A DNA stretch of 64,000 nucleotides from an uncultured Planctomycetota bacterium (lineage in GTDB: Bacteria; Planctomycetota; Planctomycetia; Isosphaerales; Isosphaeraceae): positions 224,001-288,000 of the forward strand of contig CAWJTV010000001.1 of assembly GCA_963845755.1 (NCBI GenBank), given 5' to 3'. Made by a program: the position numbers and the translations under genes. Shown one piece after another: positions 33,635 through 45,613 of this stretch (the stretch's first letter is position 1; each line of letters starts with the position of its first letter). The notes under the pieces were generated by a model, which was given only the letters and a program-made list of their open reading frames with translations, was not told the origin of the DNA and did no database searches.

Positions 33635-34441
33635 GTGCGTCGCGCTCTGATCAGTGATATTCACGGGAACCTGGAAGCCTTAGAGGTGGTACTGGACGAC
33701 ATCCGGTCGCACGGAATCACCGAAGTCTTCTGCCTGGGCGACATTATCGGTTATGGCCCGAATCCCCGCGAGTGTATCGATCGGGTGATGGAGACCTGTA
33801 AGATGACCCTCCTGGGCAACCACGACCAGGGGGCCATGTTCGATCCGGACGGGTTCAATATCGGCGCGGAACGCGCCATCTTCTGGACGCGGGAACAGCT
33901 CGAGTGCCCCAACGACCGCGATAATAACGAGCGCCGCTGGGAATTCCTCGGCGAGCTGCCTCGGTCTCACCGGATCGGTCCCTACCTGTTCGTCCACGGA
34001 TCGCCCCGGAATCCGTTGAGTGAATACATCTTCCCCGAGGATATCTACAACCATCGGAAGATGGAGCGGCTCTTCCAGCTCGTGGGTCAGTACTGTTTCC
34101 AGGGTCACACCCACGTGCCGGGAATCTTCACAGAGAACTTCCAGTTCTTCTCCCCCGAGGAGATCGACCAGGAATACACGCTCGGGGACGGGAAGGTCAT
34201 GATCAATGTCGGCTCGGTGGGCCAGCCGCGCGACGGCGACAACCGTGCCTGCTACGTCCTCTTCGAAGACGGCCTCGGGGACGATCAAGCGGAAGGCGAG
34301 GCCGGGACGGCTAACCTGGTCCAGACCCCCAAGATCGCGTTCCGTCGCCTCCCCTATGACTTCGAGACCACGATTCGCAAGATTTACTCCATCCCCGAGC
34401 TCGAGCCGTTCCTGGGCGACCGACTCCGACAAGGACGATAG
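33635..34441 (+). CDS. Calcineurin-like metallophosphoesterase
   Basis: [40 protein letters not shown]. Confidence 0.92.
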   Translation: MRRALISDIHGNLEALEVVLDDIRSHGITEVFCLGDIIGYGPNPRECIDRVMETCKMTLLGNHDQGAMFDPDGFNIGAERAIFWTREQLECPNDRDNNERRWEFLGELPRSHRIGPYLFVHGSPRNPLSEYIFPEDIYNHRKMERLFQLVGQYCFQGHTHVPGIFTENFQFFSPEEIDQEYTLGDGKVMINVGSVGQPRDGDNRACYVLFEDGLGDDQAEGEAGTANLVQTPKIAFRRLPYDFETTIRKIYSIPELEPFLGDRLRQGR

Positions 34442-34709
34442 GCTCGTGAGTGCTTTCGGGACGACTTCGCGGCCGATCGATCGTGGTGCCCTCCTCCCGT
34501 TGCGGGTCACGGCGCCGACGTTACCTGCCTCCGTCGGCTTCGCAAGCGGGTCAGATCCAGCGATTCGATGTCGTCCTAATCACGTCTCCACGCTTCGGAT
34601 CGACGGACGGACAGGACGAGATTCCGGTAACCCGCTGTCCGGTTGCCAGCGGCCAGGCCGTGAGACCGGCTCTCTTCGCTTCGGTGCCAGGATTGCCTCA
34701 AAATGAGTA

Positions 34710-36955
34710 ATGAGTAACGAGAAACGCTTCGTCCTCTGCATGGTGATGATGGTCCTGTGGATGCTGGCATGGCCCTATCTGGCGCGACGGATGGGGTTGA
34801 TGTCGGAGCCCAAGAATCCCCCGGCCGATGCGGTCGTCGCCAAGGATGCGGAGAAGGCGGAAGAGCCGCCGACCAAGCCGGAGGCCGAGGCCAAGCCGGA
34901 GACCCCCAAGGCCCAGGAACCCGCCAAGGCACTGGCCCAGCCGACCGAGACGCCCCCGAAGAAGCCGGATGTCGAGATCGTCAACGAGCCCGACCTCGTG
35001 CTGGGCTCAGTGACCGATCATGACCCCGACGGGTATCGCCTCGAGGCCTGGCTTACCCAGAAAGGGGCCGGCATCGACGTCCTCTTATCCTCGCGGTTCG
35101 ATGCCGAGTACGAGAACGGGGTGGCCCTCAAGCGGCCACTGAAACTGATCCAGCGCGACACCACGTGGCCCGCGTCATTCTCCCTGATGCTCAATGCCGA
35201 AGGGGCAGCGGCCGTTCCGGTTCCGCCCGAAGGCGACACCACCGTCATCTCCGCCGCGCGCGAGGCCGAGGACTGGCTGGACCGGGTGACCTGGGAAGTC
35301 GTGAAGGATGAGCAAGGCCGGATCCGACGACCCGTTTCGATGGTGGACCCGGCGACGCAGGCGTCGGTCGAGGGCCAGGCCATCGTCTTTCGCACCAAGG
35401 CGCCGTCGGGATTGATCGTCACCAAGACCTTCCGGCTCGGCAAGAACATCGACGGCCTGGAAGTCGAGCTAAAGTTCGAGAGTCTGGATCGCGAGCGCAA
35501 GGTCGCGTATAACCTGATCGGGCCGCATGGCATCCCCATCGAGGGCGAATGGTATACTAGCACGTTCCGCGACCTGGTCTTCGGCCAGCTCAACGGCAAG
35601 ACGACGGAGATCCTCACCGTCTCGGCTTACGACATCGCCAAGGCGGGCGACAAGGAGACCGATAACACCGCGCTGCCGCTGCATTTTACCGGCGTGGAGA
35701 ATCAGTATTTCGCGACCCTGATCGAGCCCGATCCGCCCCCGACCGGACAGGACGACCGCTGGGATAGCCGGGCCGTTGCCATGGTTCACCGGAATGAGAA
35801 GGACCTGCAAAAGTCCGATATTTGCGTCCAGATCAAGTCGCGGCCCATCACGGTCGGCCCGGACCAGGCGGTCGTCCACACCTACCGGCTCTTCGCCGGT
35901 CCCAAAATCGCCTCGGCCCTTCGGCCCTACGAGGCGGATGGAATGGCGTCTTATCGGAAATACGGGGGGGGACTGTTCACACCCTTCACGGCGACCGCGA
36001 CCTATCTCGCCACGAACGTGATCACGCCAACGCTGGCCTTCACGTACGCGGTGACGGCCAGGGTCGCCCGGTTCTTCGGCGGAACTCGGGGGAACTACGG
36101 CATCGCGATCATCCTGCTCACGATCGCGGTCCGTGCCATGATGTTCCCGATCGGTCGCAAGCAGGCCCTCGCCGCCCAGAGGATGCAGGAGCTTCAGCCT
36201 CTGCTCAAGCAGATCCAGGAGAAGTACAAGGAAGACAAGGAGAAACAGACGAAGGAGACGTTCGCGCTCTACAAGAAGCACGGCGTCAACCCGGTCGCCG
36301 GCTGCCTCCCGGCCCTGATCCAGATCCCGATCTTCATGGGGCTCTGGCAGGCCCTCAACACCAGCGTGCCGCTCCGGCACGCGACGTTCCTCTGGATCCA
36401 CGACCTGGCGGCGCCCGACATGTTGTTCCGCTTTCCGTTCGAAGTCCCGTTCCTGGGCCCGTGGTTGAACCTGCTGCCGTTCGTGGTCGTGGCGCTGATG
36501 CTGATCCAGACGAAGCTCTTCTCGCCGCCGGCCACGACTCCCGAGGCCGAGGCGCAGCAGAAGATGATGAAATACATGATGGTCTTCATGGGGGTGATGT
36601 TCTACAAGGTCCCCTCGGGCCTGGGCCTCTACTTCATCACGAGCAGTCTCTGGGCGATCGGCGAGCGGCTGCTCCTGCCCAAGGTGACCCACGCTCGTGC
36701 GGTCGCGCCGGAGCTGGGCGACGGCGACGCGGGCGAGGAGAAGCCGACGGGACTTCGCGGCGGCAAGCCCGTGGCCCGACCGGGAATGGCGCACCGGCGA
36801 AGGCCAAGCCACCCGGACGGTTCGCCCTGTTCTTGGAACGTGTTCTCGAGGAGGCGCGTAAGGATCCGACCTACCGAAAGGTGGCCGAGGAACGTGAGGA
36901 CAAGGGACGGGAGCGCGACAAGGGCGATCCCAGGGCCAGACCGCGGAGGCGTTGA
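34710..36955 (+). CDS. yidC: Membrane protein insertase YidC (probable frameshift in the C-terminal tail ~36770)
   Basis: GNYGIAIILLT, MQELQP, LYKKHGVNPVAGCLP, WIHDLAAPD, PSGLGLY; adjacent to mnmE. Confidence 0.95.
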
Positions 36956-37060
36956 CGGCGTCGAGACTTCCGATGGATGAAATCGCGAAATAGACATGAA
37001 AGTCCGCGATGTCATCCCCTGGTTGCAAGACGACGAATGGATTTAGAGTCTGTCCCATAA

Positions 37061-37251
37061 GCCCCGGAGGGGCGTCAGGTCGTAGCCAGGGGCGTGAGCC
37101 CCTGGACTCTCGGCCAGAGCCGCCGGGGTCCTTCTCCGAGCCCCGGAGGGGCGACAGAAGTCCCCGGTGCCCCAGGGTTTCTGTCGCCCCTCCGGGGCTC
37201 CCGGGACGGACGACGTCGTCCAGGGGCTCACGCCCCTGGCTACGACCTGAC
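37061..37251. repeat. REP/REPIN-like nested inverted repeat
   Basis: Perfect ~34 bp arms 37074-37107/37218-37251 and perfect 22 bp inner arms 37138-37159/37179-37200. Confidence 0.9.
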
Positions 37252-37330
37252 ATCATGGACATCTCCCGCGAGGAGGCTGCGTTCGTTCTCGCCACCGAAC
37301 GACCCTTGATGTGGGGACGATGCTCGAGCG

Positions 37331-38689
37331 ATGTCGATCTCCCTCGACCCCAACGACACGATCGCGGCGGTGGCCAGCCCGCCCGGGCCGGCGGCGCGGG
37401 GGATCGTCCGGCTCTCGGGTCCCGCGGCCTGGTCGATCGTGCTGGCCACGTTCATCCCCGATCGCGAAGAACCACCGCCGCGACGTCCCGAGCTGCGCCC
37501 GGGCTCGCTTCGCGTTGACGGCTTGAGGCCGCTCCTGCCCGTGATGCTGGCCCTCTGGCCGGCTCCCAGGACCTACACGGGTCAGGACGTCGTCGAGATC
37601 CACCTCGTCGGCTCGCCGCCCTTGGTGAACCAGGTGCTGGCCCATTGCCTGGCCCGGGGTGCGCGTCATGCCGAGCCAGGCGAGTTCACACTGCGGGCGT
37701 TCCTCTCGGGCCGGATCGACCTGACCCGTGCGGAGGCGGTGCTGGGCGTTATCGACGCCGCGAATCCGGCTCAGCTCGACGCCGCGCTCCAGCAACTGGC
37801 CGGCGGCCTGTCGGGTCCGATCCTGGCCCTGCGCGACCATCTCCTGGATCTGGTCGCTCATCTCGAAGCGAACCTGGACTTCACCGAAGAGCCCGACGTC
37901 GATCCCCTGGGCCGTACGACGCTGGCCGAGGAACTCGACCGCTCGGCCGGCGAGCTCCAGGCGCTCGGCCGTCGGCTCAGCGAACGCGACCGGCCCGAGG
38001 GCTATCCGCGCGTGGTCCTGGTCGGTCCGCCCAACGCCGGCAAGAGTCGGCTCTTCAACGCCCTGCTGGGACGGGATCAGGCGATCGTCTCGTCGCAAGC
38101 CGGGACGACCCGCGACTACCTGACGGCCCTCTGCGACTGCGACGGTCTCATCGTCGAATTGGTGGACACGGCCGGAGTCGAAGCGCCGGACGATGCCGTC
38201 ACCGAGCAGGCCCAGGCCCATCGCGCCGATCAGGCCGACCGCGCCGATCTCTTGCTCGACTGTCGATCCTCCGAGGAAGATCGTCCGGCGCCGACGGCGT
38301 TCTCGACCGCTCGTCCTCTGATGGAGGTATGGACCAAGTGTGATCTCACGCCTTCCGTTTGCGAGACCGACAACCCCGAGCGCCTACGGACTAGCGCGAG
38401 AACCGGTGAGGGAGTCGCGGAGCTGCGGGCCGCAATCGCGCGGCGGATCCGGGGCCAGGACGGCGAGGGCAACCTGCCGGCGGGAACCGCCGCGCGGTGC
38501 CGGGGGAGCATCCTCCGCGCCGAAGAGGCCTTGCGCTCGGCCGCCGAGTCGCTCCTGGCCGGTGGCGGCGACGAGCTGATCGCGTTCGATCTCCGGCTGG
38601 CCGTCGAAGAACTCGGCAAGGTGGTCGGTACCGTGGTCACCGACGACATCCTCGACCGGATCTTCCGCCGGTTCTGCATCGGCAAGTGA
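37331..38689 (+). CDS. mnmE: tRNA modification GTPase MnmE
   Basis: [53 protein letters not shown]-terminal FCIGK. Confidence 0.97.
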   Translation: MSISLDPNDTIAAVASPPGPAARGIVRLSGPAAWSIVLATFIPDREEPPPRRPELRPGSLRVDGLRPLLPVMLALWPAPRTYTGQDVVEIHLVGSPPLVNQVLAHCLARGARHAEPGEFTLRAFLSGRIDLTRAEAVLGVIDAANPAQLDAALQQLAGGLSGPILALRDHLLDLVAHLEANLDFTEEPDVDPLGRTTLAEELDRSAGELQALGRRLSERDRPEGYPRVVLVGPPNAGKSRLFNALLGRDQAIVSSQAGTTRDYLTALCDCDGLIVELVDTAGVEAPDDAVTEQAQAHRADQADRADLLLDCRSSEEDRPAPTAFSTARPLMEVWTKCDLTPSVCETDNPERLRTSARTGEGVAELRAAIARRIRGQDGEGNLPAGTAARCRGSILRAEEALRSAAESLLAGGGDELIAFDLRLAVEELGKVVGTVVTDDILDRIFRRFCIGK

Positions 38690-38801
38690 TTCGCCGTGTG
38701 GGCCGCCGGAAGGCCGGGGATCAGGTGCGTCGGCTGGCTCATGGCGGTATTCTAAAGGAATCGGCAAGACACTCTTCCCGGAAAACGGCGATCACGAAAC
38801 C

Positions 38802-40205
38802 ATGACACCCCACATTCGAATCGAAACGGATACCATGGGCGGGATAGAAGTCCCCGCCGACCGGCTCTGGGGCGCGCAGACCCAGCGCTCGCTCGAGAAC
38901 TTCAAGATCGGCGAAGACCGGATGCCGATCGCGCTGATCCACGCCTTGGCGCAGGTCAAGCGGGCGGCGGCCCAGGTCAATCTCAACCTCGGCAAGTTCA
39001 AGGACCCCGCGATCGGCCGCGCGATCATCGACGCCGCCGACGAGATCGTCGCCGGCCGGCACAATGCCGAGTTCCCCCTGGTCGTCTGGCAGACCGGTAG
39101 CGGCACTCAGACGAACATGAACCTCAACGAGGTCATCGCCAACCGGGCCAGCGAACTCGTGGGAGGCGAACGGGGCATGGGCCGCAAGGTCCATCCCAAC
39201 GACCAGGTCAACATGGGCCAGTCGTCCAACGACGTCTTCCCCACGGCCATGCACGTGGCCGCCGTCGAGGCGCTCCGCAACCGCTTGATCCCTTCCGTGC
39301 GGAAGCTGCGCGACACCCTGGCCCGGAAGGCCGAGGTGTTCCAGGAGCTCGTCAAGATCGGCCGGACTCACCTGATGGACGCGACCCCTCTCACGCTCGG
39401 CCAGGAGATCTCCGGCTGGGTGCAGCTCCTCGATAACGGCACCAAACACGTCGAAGAAGCGATTCCCCACCTTTGCGAGCTGGCCCTCGGCGGGACAGCC
39501 GTCGGCACCGGGTTGAACGCGCATCCCGAGTTCGCCGTCCGAGTGGCGGACGAGCTGGCGAAGCTCACCGGACACCCGTTCGTCACGGCCCCCAACAAGT
39601 TCGAGGCCCTCTCGGGACACGATGCGCTCCTCTTCGCGCACGGCGCACTCAAGACGCTCGCCGCCTCACTGATGAAGATCGCCAACGACGTCCGCTGGAT
39701 GGCGTCCGGCCCGCGCAGTGGGCTGGGCGAAATCCTCATCCCCGAGAATGAGCCGGGTAGCTCGATCATGCCCGGAAAGGTCAACCCGACCCAGAGCGAG
39801 GCCATGACGATGGTCGCCTCCCAGGTCATGGGCAACGACGTCGCGATCAACATGGGCGGCGCGCTCGGCAACTTCGAGCTCAACGTCATGAAGCCGCTGA
39901 TCATCCACAACTTCCTGGGGAGCGTCCGGCTGCTGGCCGATGCCTGCGTCAGCTTCAACGACCATTGCGCCGCCGGCATCGAACCCAACCGAGAACGAAT
40001 CGACGACCTTCTCAACCGCTCGCTCATGCTCGTGACGGCGCTCAATCCGCACATCGGCTACGACAACGCCGCCAAGATCGCCAAGAACGCCCATGCCAAG
40101 GGGATCACCCTTCGCGAGTCGGCCGTCGAGTCGGGCCTGCTCACCGCCGAGCAGTTCGATCAGTGGGTGAAGGCAGAGGATATGGTGGGGCGGGCCGGGG
40201 GTTGA
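38802..40205 (+). CDS. fumC: Class II fumarate hydratase
   Basis: [35 protein letters not shown]. Confidence 0.98.
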   Translation: MTPHIRIETDTMGGIEVPADRLWGAQTQRSLENFKIGEDRMPIALIHALAQVKRAAAQVNLNLGKFKDPAIGRAIIDAADEIVAGRHNAEFPLVVWQTGSGTQTNMNLNEVIANRASELVGGERGMGRKVHPNDQVNMGQSSNDVFPTAMHVAAVEALRNRLIPSVRKLRDTLARKAEVFQELVKIGRTHLMDATPLTLGQEISGWVQLLDNGTKHVEEAIPHLCELALGGTAVGTGLNAHPEFAVRVADELAKLTGHPFVTAPNKFEALSGHDALLFAHGALKTLAASLMKIANDVRWMASGPRSGLGEILIPENEPGSSIMPGKVNPTQSEAMTMVASQVMGNDVAINMGGALGNFELNVMKPLIIHNFLGSVRLLADACVSFNDHCAAGIEPNRERIDDLLNRSLMLVTALNPHIGYDNAAKIAKNAHAKGITLRESAVESGLLTAEQFDQWVKAEDMVGRAGG

Positions 40206-40303
40206 CAATGGACTGACACGCGACCCATCGCCAGGTAGAGCGGTTCGATGCCGCCGAGATGCCATCACCTCGATCGTAGCCAGAAAACTCCTGCGATGCC
40301 CGT

Positions 40304-40813
40304 TCAGACCAGGAGCTTCATCTTGTAAACGATCATTCCCATACACCAGGAGAAAGCGTCGGTGACCGCATCCCGGGGGATGCGTTTCTTACTCAAGAAC
40401 GAGGCAAACTCCTTGTGGAACGTCAGATGATCGGCCAGAGCCTCCAGACAGGATCGATATGCCCATGGCATCGGCTTGTCGATGCAATGGCAGAAATCGA
40501 GCAAGAGGTTGATGCAATCGAGCAGCTGAGCGTTCTCGGCTTCGTCCTTGAGATTCAAGGTGTGGATCGCATCGGCGAAGTCGAACACCGCGTACAGTTG
40601 CGAAGGGGCCGGTCCGAAGGCCGCGGCCCCACAATCGCATTTCTGTAGCGCCGCTCTCGCCAGGTCCGGCCGCACGAACAGGATCGGCTTGCCGCCGCAC
40701 AGGATGGGACGATCGTCGTCGACGTAGATCGTGTAGAGTTGAGGCTCGGTGAGATCCGGCTCGATTCGGAATCCCAGGAGGTATAGCGTCGGTGGTTCCG
40801 CGTCGTTTGGCAT
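40304..40813 (-). CDS. Hypothetical protein
   Basis: 169 aa ORF with protein-like composition directly after mgsC on the same strand. Confidence 0.65.
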   Translation of the reverse strand: MPNDAEPPTLYLLGFRIEPDLTEPQLYTIYVDDDRPILCGGKPILFVRPDLARAALQKCDCGAAAFGPAPSQLYAVFDFADAIHTLNLKDEAENAQLLDCINLLLDFCHCIDKPMPWAYRSCLEALADHLTFHKEFASFLSKKRIPRDAVTDAFSWCMGMIVYKMKLLV

Positions 40814-40835
40814 CGCGCGATCCGGGCCGTTCCGG

Positions 40836-42219
40836 TCAATGGCCCGTTCCGGTCTCTTTCCAGCCCGGGCCGCCGCCGAAGACGCGGTTGGTCCCGGCCA
40901 GGGGAAGCCCGGTGATCATCGAGGCTTCGAGTGTCAAGGCGCGGAGGTCCTCGGGCTCGAGGTGGTGGACATCGCTCTTACCGCATGCGCGCGCCAGGAT
41001 CTGGATCTCGGAGGTCAGCGCGTGGAAGAAGTTGGCCACCCGCTCGGCGGCAGGGTCGATCTCCAGCCGGGCGTTCAGCTCGGGGTCCTGGGTCGTGATT
41101 CCGACCGGGCATCGGCCGGTGTGACAATGGTGACACGAATAGGGAGCCGAACCGATCTTGTGATAATCCTCGACATAGATCGGCTTGTTGCAATTCAGGG
41201 CGATCAGGAGCGCCGTGCCGAGGTAGCAGGCGTCGGCCCCGAGGGCCAGGGCCTTGGCACAGTCCGAACCATGCCTCAGGCCGCCGGCAATAATGAGCTG
41301 GACCTGCCCGTACAGGCCGATGTCTTCGAGGGCCGCGCGGGCCTCGCATACGGCGGCCAGTGTGGGGATGCCGGTATGCTCCTGGAGCAGCTCGGGTGAG
41401 GCGGCCGTCCCGCCTTCCATGCCGTCGACGACGATCACGTCGGCTCCCGCCTTGGCGGCCAGCCGGACGTCGTCGAAGACGCGTGACGCGCCCATCTTGA
41501 CGAAGATCGGCACCCGGTAATCGGTCGCCTCCCGAAGCTCCTCGATCTTGATGACGAGGTCGTCGGGGCCGAGGAAATCGGGATGCCGGCAGGGTGAGCG
41601 CTGGTCGACGCCGGGGGGCAGATCGCGGAGCCGGGCGATCTCATCGGAGACCTTGGAACCCAGCAACAAGCCGCCGGTACCCGGCTTGGCGCCCTGGCCG
41701 ATGGTCAGCTCGATGGCGTCGGCCTGCCGGAGGTGCCGCACGTCGATCCCGTACCGGCTCGGCAGCACTTCGTAGACCATGACGCGCGACTCGGTGCGCT
41801 CGACGTCGAGCATACCCCCGTCGCCGGTCGTGGTCGACGTGCCCGCCATGCGCGCCCCGCGCGACAGGGCCGTCTTGGCGTTGCGGGAGAGCGCTCCATA
41901 GCTCATCCCGGTCACCATCAGGGGAATCTCCAGCTCGATCGGCCGGGACGCGAATCGGGTCCCGAGCACGGTCCGGGTCGAGCATGCTTCGCGGTAACCC
42001 TCGAGCGGGATGCGGGTGAGCGTCGCCGGGATGAACGTAAGGTCGTCGAACGTGGCCCAGGTCCGCGGCCGCAACGACCCGAACCCTCGGATCCGATACC
42101 GAGCCAGCTCGGCCTTGATCTGGATGTCTTCGATGACCGCCGGTGTGAACGTCCCCGAGGCCTCCGCGGGCGAGGGGTCGCCGCCAATCCGCTGGGCTTG
42201 CTCGGCTGCCGTTGAACAT
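40836..42219 (-). CDS. mgsC: FMN-binding glutamate synthase-like subunit (N-methylglutamate synthase C / GlxD); start uncertain
   Basis: GMSYGALS, TTGDGG, GQGAKPGTGG, SPCRHPD, DGMEGGT, CHHCHTGRCPVGITTQ; context with mgsA/B and gmaS. Confidence 0.85.
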
Positions 42220-42240
42220 TGGTCCGTAATCCTTAATCCT

Positions 42241-43149
42241 TCATCCTTCCCTGGACCTGGGGTTGGGCAGGGCAGGGGACTCCAGCTCACCATTGGCGCC
42301 AGGCGCCGCGAGGGAAGGGCCCGATTCCGACTGAGGATCGAGCTGACGAAGATACTCTTTGGCAGGTTCGGAGAAGTCGGAATGATTCGTCAACTTGAGA
42401 ACCCGATGGAAGTCGACGGCGGCCTCCTGGACTTGCCCTTTCTTGAACAGGCAGATCCCGCGATTGAGGTACACCTCGGGATCGGTGGCGCGGAGGTTCA
42501 ACGCCTGACCGAAATCCTCGAGTGCTCCGTCGAGGTCGCCGGTCTCGATGCGGATCTTGGCGCGCTGGATGTAGGCCGCGACCAGCCGGGGATCGTGCTG
42601 GATCGCCCGGTCGAAATCGGCCACGGCGTTCCCGTGATCGCCGATCGCCTGATAGACGCTGCCACGCCCGAGGTAGGCTTCCGCCCGGTAGGGGGTGATC
42701 TGGATCGCCCGATTGAACTCCGCCAGGGCCGGCTCGTACTCCTTCTGAAAGAGGTGAGTGCGGCCAGCCTTGAGCAACTTCGGAATCCGCAGCCGGAGCC
42801 GGCGGCGCGACACGCCCCACACCGTCGCGGACACGAGTCCGATCGCCACGGGGATTCCGATCATGGAATTGCGGGCGATGGTCCGCAGGCGCTCGGGATA
42901 CTTCGAGCGGGTCACCACCACGCTCTCGCTTTCCCGAGTGGTGACTGTCTGGAGCTGGACGAAGGAGAGCACGCCGAGGATCGTCACGACCGCGATGGTG
43001 CCGAGGACCAGGGAGATCCACTTCCCTCTCCCGGCGGCGAGCAAGCCGCAGGCGATCAGGAGCAGCACGATCGCCACGGCGCCGGCGCCGGCCAGACCCA
43101 TCGGTCTGGGGCCGTTGATGATGCGCTGGAGTGTTTGGTCGGCTATCAT
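42241..43149 (-). CDS. Membrane protein with C-terminal TPRs
   Basis: Three hydrophobic segments, then AYLGRG..AVADFDRAI repeats. Confidence 0.85.
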   Translation of the reverse strand: MIADQTLQRIINGPRPMGLAGAGAVAIVLLLIACGLLAAGRGKWISLVLGTIAVVTILGVLSFVQLQTVTTRESESVVVTRSKYPERLRTIARNSMIGIPVAIGLVSATVWGVSRRRLRLRIPKLLKAGRTHLFQKEYEPALAEFNRAIQITPYRAEAYLGRGSVYQAIGDHGNAVADFDRAIQHDPRLVAAYIQRAKIRIETGDLDGALEDFGQALNLRATDPEVYLNRGICLFKKGQVQEAAVDFHRVLKLTNHSDFSEPAKEYLRQLDPQSESGPSLAAPGANGELESPALPNPRSREG

Positions 43150-43430
43150 GTCAGCGATCCCTCTCTCATCGGAGAACGTCGGTCGCCGGGGTGACTGTAC
43201 CGCGTTGTACTGTCGTCCTCACGTCTCCGATGCCCACAACTGCTCGATCGTCCGTTGCCCAGACCCGGTGCTCAGGAATTCAGATTGTAGGTCGTTATGA
43301 GCTCGGAGAGGGATCGGTCGACGAGGCGGGGAGGGCTCTTAGAGTCCGTCCAATCTACGCAGGGCCGGGGCCGCTGTCAATCAACCATCCTTCCCATTCT
43401 GCGATTTCCGCCTCATTTTCGGTCATATCC

Positions 43431-44174
43431 TCATAACGCCGATTTCCAGAGGTGTCGGTCGCTACCCTGGAAGTTCCAGAGCCGGCGCCCCGCGACCAGT
43501 TTTCGGAACCCCGGCGCCGGGGCGGCGACCTTCCAACGCTCCAGGGCCGAGCCGAGAAGCTCGCGATCCTCGTCGGTGACGTCCTGAAAAATCGCATCGG
43601 CTCCCAGCTCGCCGTGCCGGCCGCCCAGGAATACCGTGCCGGCGTACAAACTATCCGCGACGCCATCGCCCGCGTTGCCGCAGACGATCATCGACCCCTT
43701 CTGCATCATGAACCCTGCCATCGGACCCACATCCCCGGCCACCAGGAGCAGACCGCCTTTCATCGCAATCCCCGCTCGTGTCAACGCATTCCCCCGCACC
43801 ACCACCGTCCCTGACCGGATCGAAGCCGCCACTGCATTGCCCACATCGCCATCGACTATCACCACGCCATCACGCATGCTCTCGGCCGCTCCCCAGCCGG
43901 CTCCGCCGTGAACCCGCACCGTGGCGCCGTCGTTGAGGCCGGCGACATAGTAGCCCGCGCTCCCTTCGATGCTCAGCTCGATCCCTTCCGGCAGGGCCAC
44001 GCCGAGGTTGTGGCGAGCGGCCGGTCGGAGCAGGCGGATCCGGGTTGCTCCCGAGTCGATCGCCGCGCGGACCGACCGGTTGATCTGACGTGTCGGCAGG
44101 TCGCCGCAGTCCAGGACGACGGGGTCCTGCTCTGTCGAGGTCATCGTTGCAACGTTGGAATCGACGTTTGACAC
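43431..44174 (-). CDS. mgsB: GXGXG-domain subunit (N-methylglutamate synthase B / GlxC)
   Basis: GSAGYYVAG, GIAMKGG, GFMMQKG, ADSLYAG, RRLWNF; GAGGA RBS before GTG 44174. Confidence 0.85.
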   Translation of the reverse strand: MSNVDSNVATMTSTEQDPVVLDCGDLPTRQINRSVRAAIDSGATRIRLLRPAARHNLGVALPEGIELSIEGSAGYYVAGLNDGATVRVHGGAGWGAAESMRDGVVIVDGDVGNAVAASIRSGTVVVRGNALTRAGIAMKGGLLLVAGDVGPMAGFMMQKGSMIVCGNAGDGVADSLYAGTVFLGGRHGELGADAIFQDVTDEDRELLGSALERWKVAAPAPGFRKLVAGRRLWNFQGSDRHLWKSAL

Positions 44175-44191
44175 GATCTTGTCCTCGAGCC

Positions 44192-45613
44192 TAGACCGAC
44201 AATCCTCAATTGAGTGAGCATGAGCAAGGTGGCTTCTCCATCCTTGGTCGTTTGCCTCTTTTCACGCCACCTTCACCCGCAGCGGGCGACCGGTGTAGGT
44301 CCAGTGGAACGGCTTGGCAAACACCCGATTGAAATACGCGATGAAGTTCCACAGCTTGCTCTGCAGGTCGTCCACCGAACTGAACGAGCCGCGCCGAATC
44401 ACCTTCCTCATGATTACTCCGAAGACCGTCTCGATCTGGTTCAGCCACGAACTGTGCTTCGGCGTGTACACGAACCGGATCCGGTGGCCCTTCTCCGACA
44501 GGAACGCTTGCCGGCTGGCCACCGACTTGAGGATCCCGCGCCACGTTCTTCCTCCCCAACGGCTCCGCGATCCCGCACGCCTTGGCCACCAACCGCACCA
44601 GCATCTCCGAGCCATGGATGTTCAAATTATCCACCACGAAGATCCACCCCGCCTCCGGGTCGGTCGCCACCGTGTGCGCGATGTGTTCGACGAAATCCAA
44701 CTCCGTCCGCGTCGGGCCGATCGTGGGGGTGATCAACTCGCCGGTCGTCACGTCGAAGTTGCCGATCAGAGTCAGCGTCCCATGCCGCGTATATTCGGCC
44801 TCGATCCGCTCGGGCCTCCCGTAGGTCATCGGCTGATCGGGGGCACTCCGCTCCAGCGCTTGCAACCCGGTCATCTCATCGGTGCTGACGGTGTGCGTCC
44901 CCTGGTCCCTCGCCAGGGCCGGCGCCTCCTGGTAGGTGTCACAGACCGCCTGGACCCGCCCCGCAAAGACCACCGGATCTTTCTCGCGGGTGTTGAGCCA
45001 ATACCGCTTCTTGTGCGGCTGCAAGGCGGCCTCGCGGAGATAGCGACCCACTTGAGTGACCGAGATCGAGGGCACGATGCCGCGCTTGATGGCCTCGTCG
45101 GCCAACTCCTTGGCCGTCCAGTGAGTGATCGGCCGGCCGGACTTCTCCGGGGGCTCGCAGGCCAGTGCCAGGATCGCCACGACCTGCTCGGGAGTGAACT
45201 TGCCGGAGGAGCCGGCGCGGGGCTCATCGCGGAGGACCTGCTCGACGGCCCGGCGCAACGCGGCGTGGGTCTGGGTGCACTCGATGCGGATGAGCCGCTC
45301 CCAGGCATCGGCCCAACGTCGTCGCCAGGTGCTGACCTGCCGCCGCGACAGCCCGACTGCGGCGGCGATCTCCGCGTTGTCCCGCTTCTGGAAGGCCCAG
45401 AGGATGATGGCCGCACGCTGGCGGAGTTGAGACGAGGCGGTGGGGGCCTTGTGGATCGTCTCCAGGAGATCGTGTTGACGTTCGGTGATGGTGACCTTGG
45501 CCGTCTTGCCCGGCATGGCGAGAGCCTCCCTGGTGGTTGCGAAGCTAGCGAATCCGGGTAATTCTAGCCGGGTCATCAAGCTGTTGGTGTCTCAATTGAG
45601 GATTGTCGGTCTA
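44192..45613 (-). mobile_element. IS630-family insertion sequence with TA target duplication
   Basis: Perfect 21 bp terminal inverted repeats GACCGACAATCCTCAATTGAG (44194-44214 / 45591-45611); TA at 44192-93 and 45612-13; reconstructed target CTAG. Confidence 0.95.
44262..45516 (-). CDS. IS630 transposase (one +1 frameshift near 44541)
   Basis: HTH N-terminus, STDEMTG, EYTRHGT, VVDNLNIH, YTPKHSSWLNQIE (DDE triad). Confidence 0.93.

Noticed and set aside
44530..44550. Programmed frameshift in the IS630 transposase
   Set aside because: It falls inside the DDE domain at GCGC and not at an A-rich slippery site between the HTH and DDE regions
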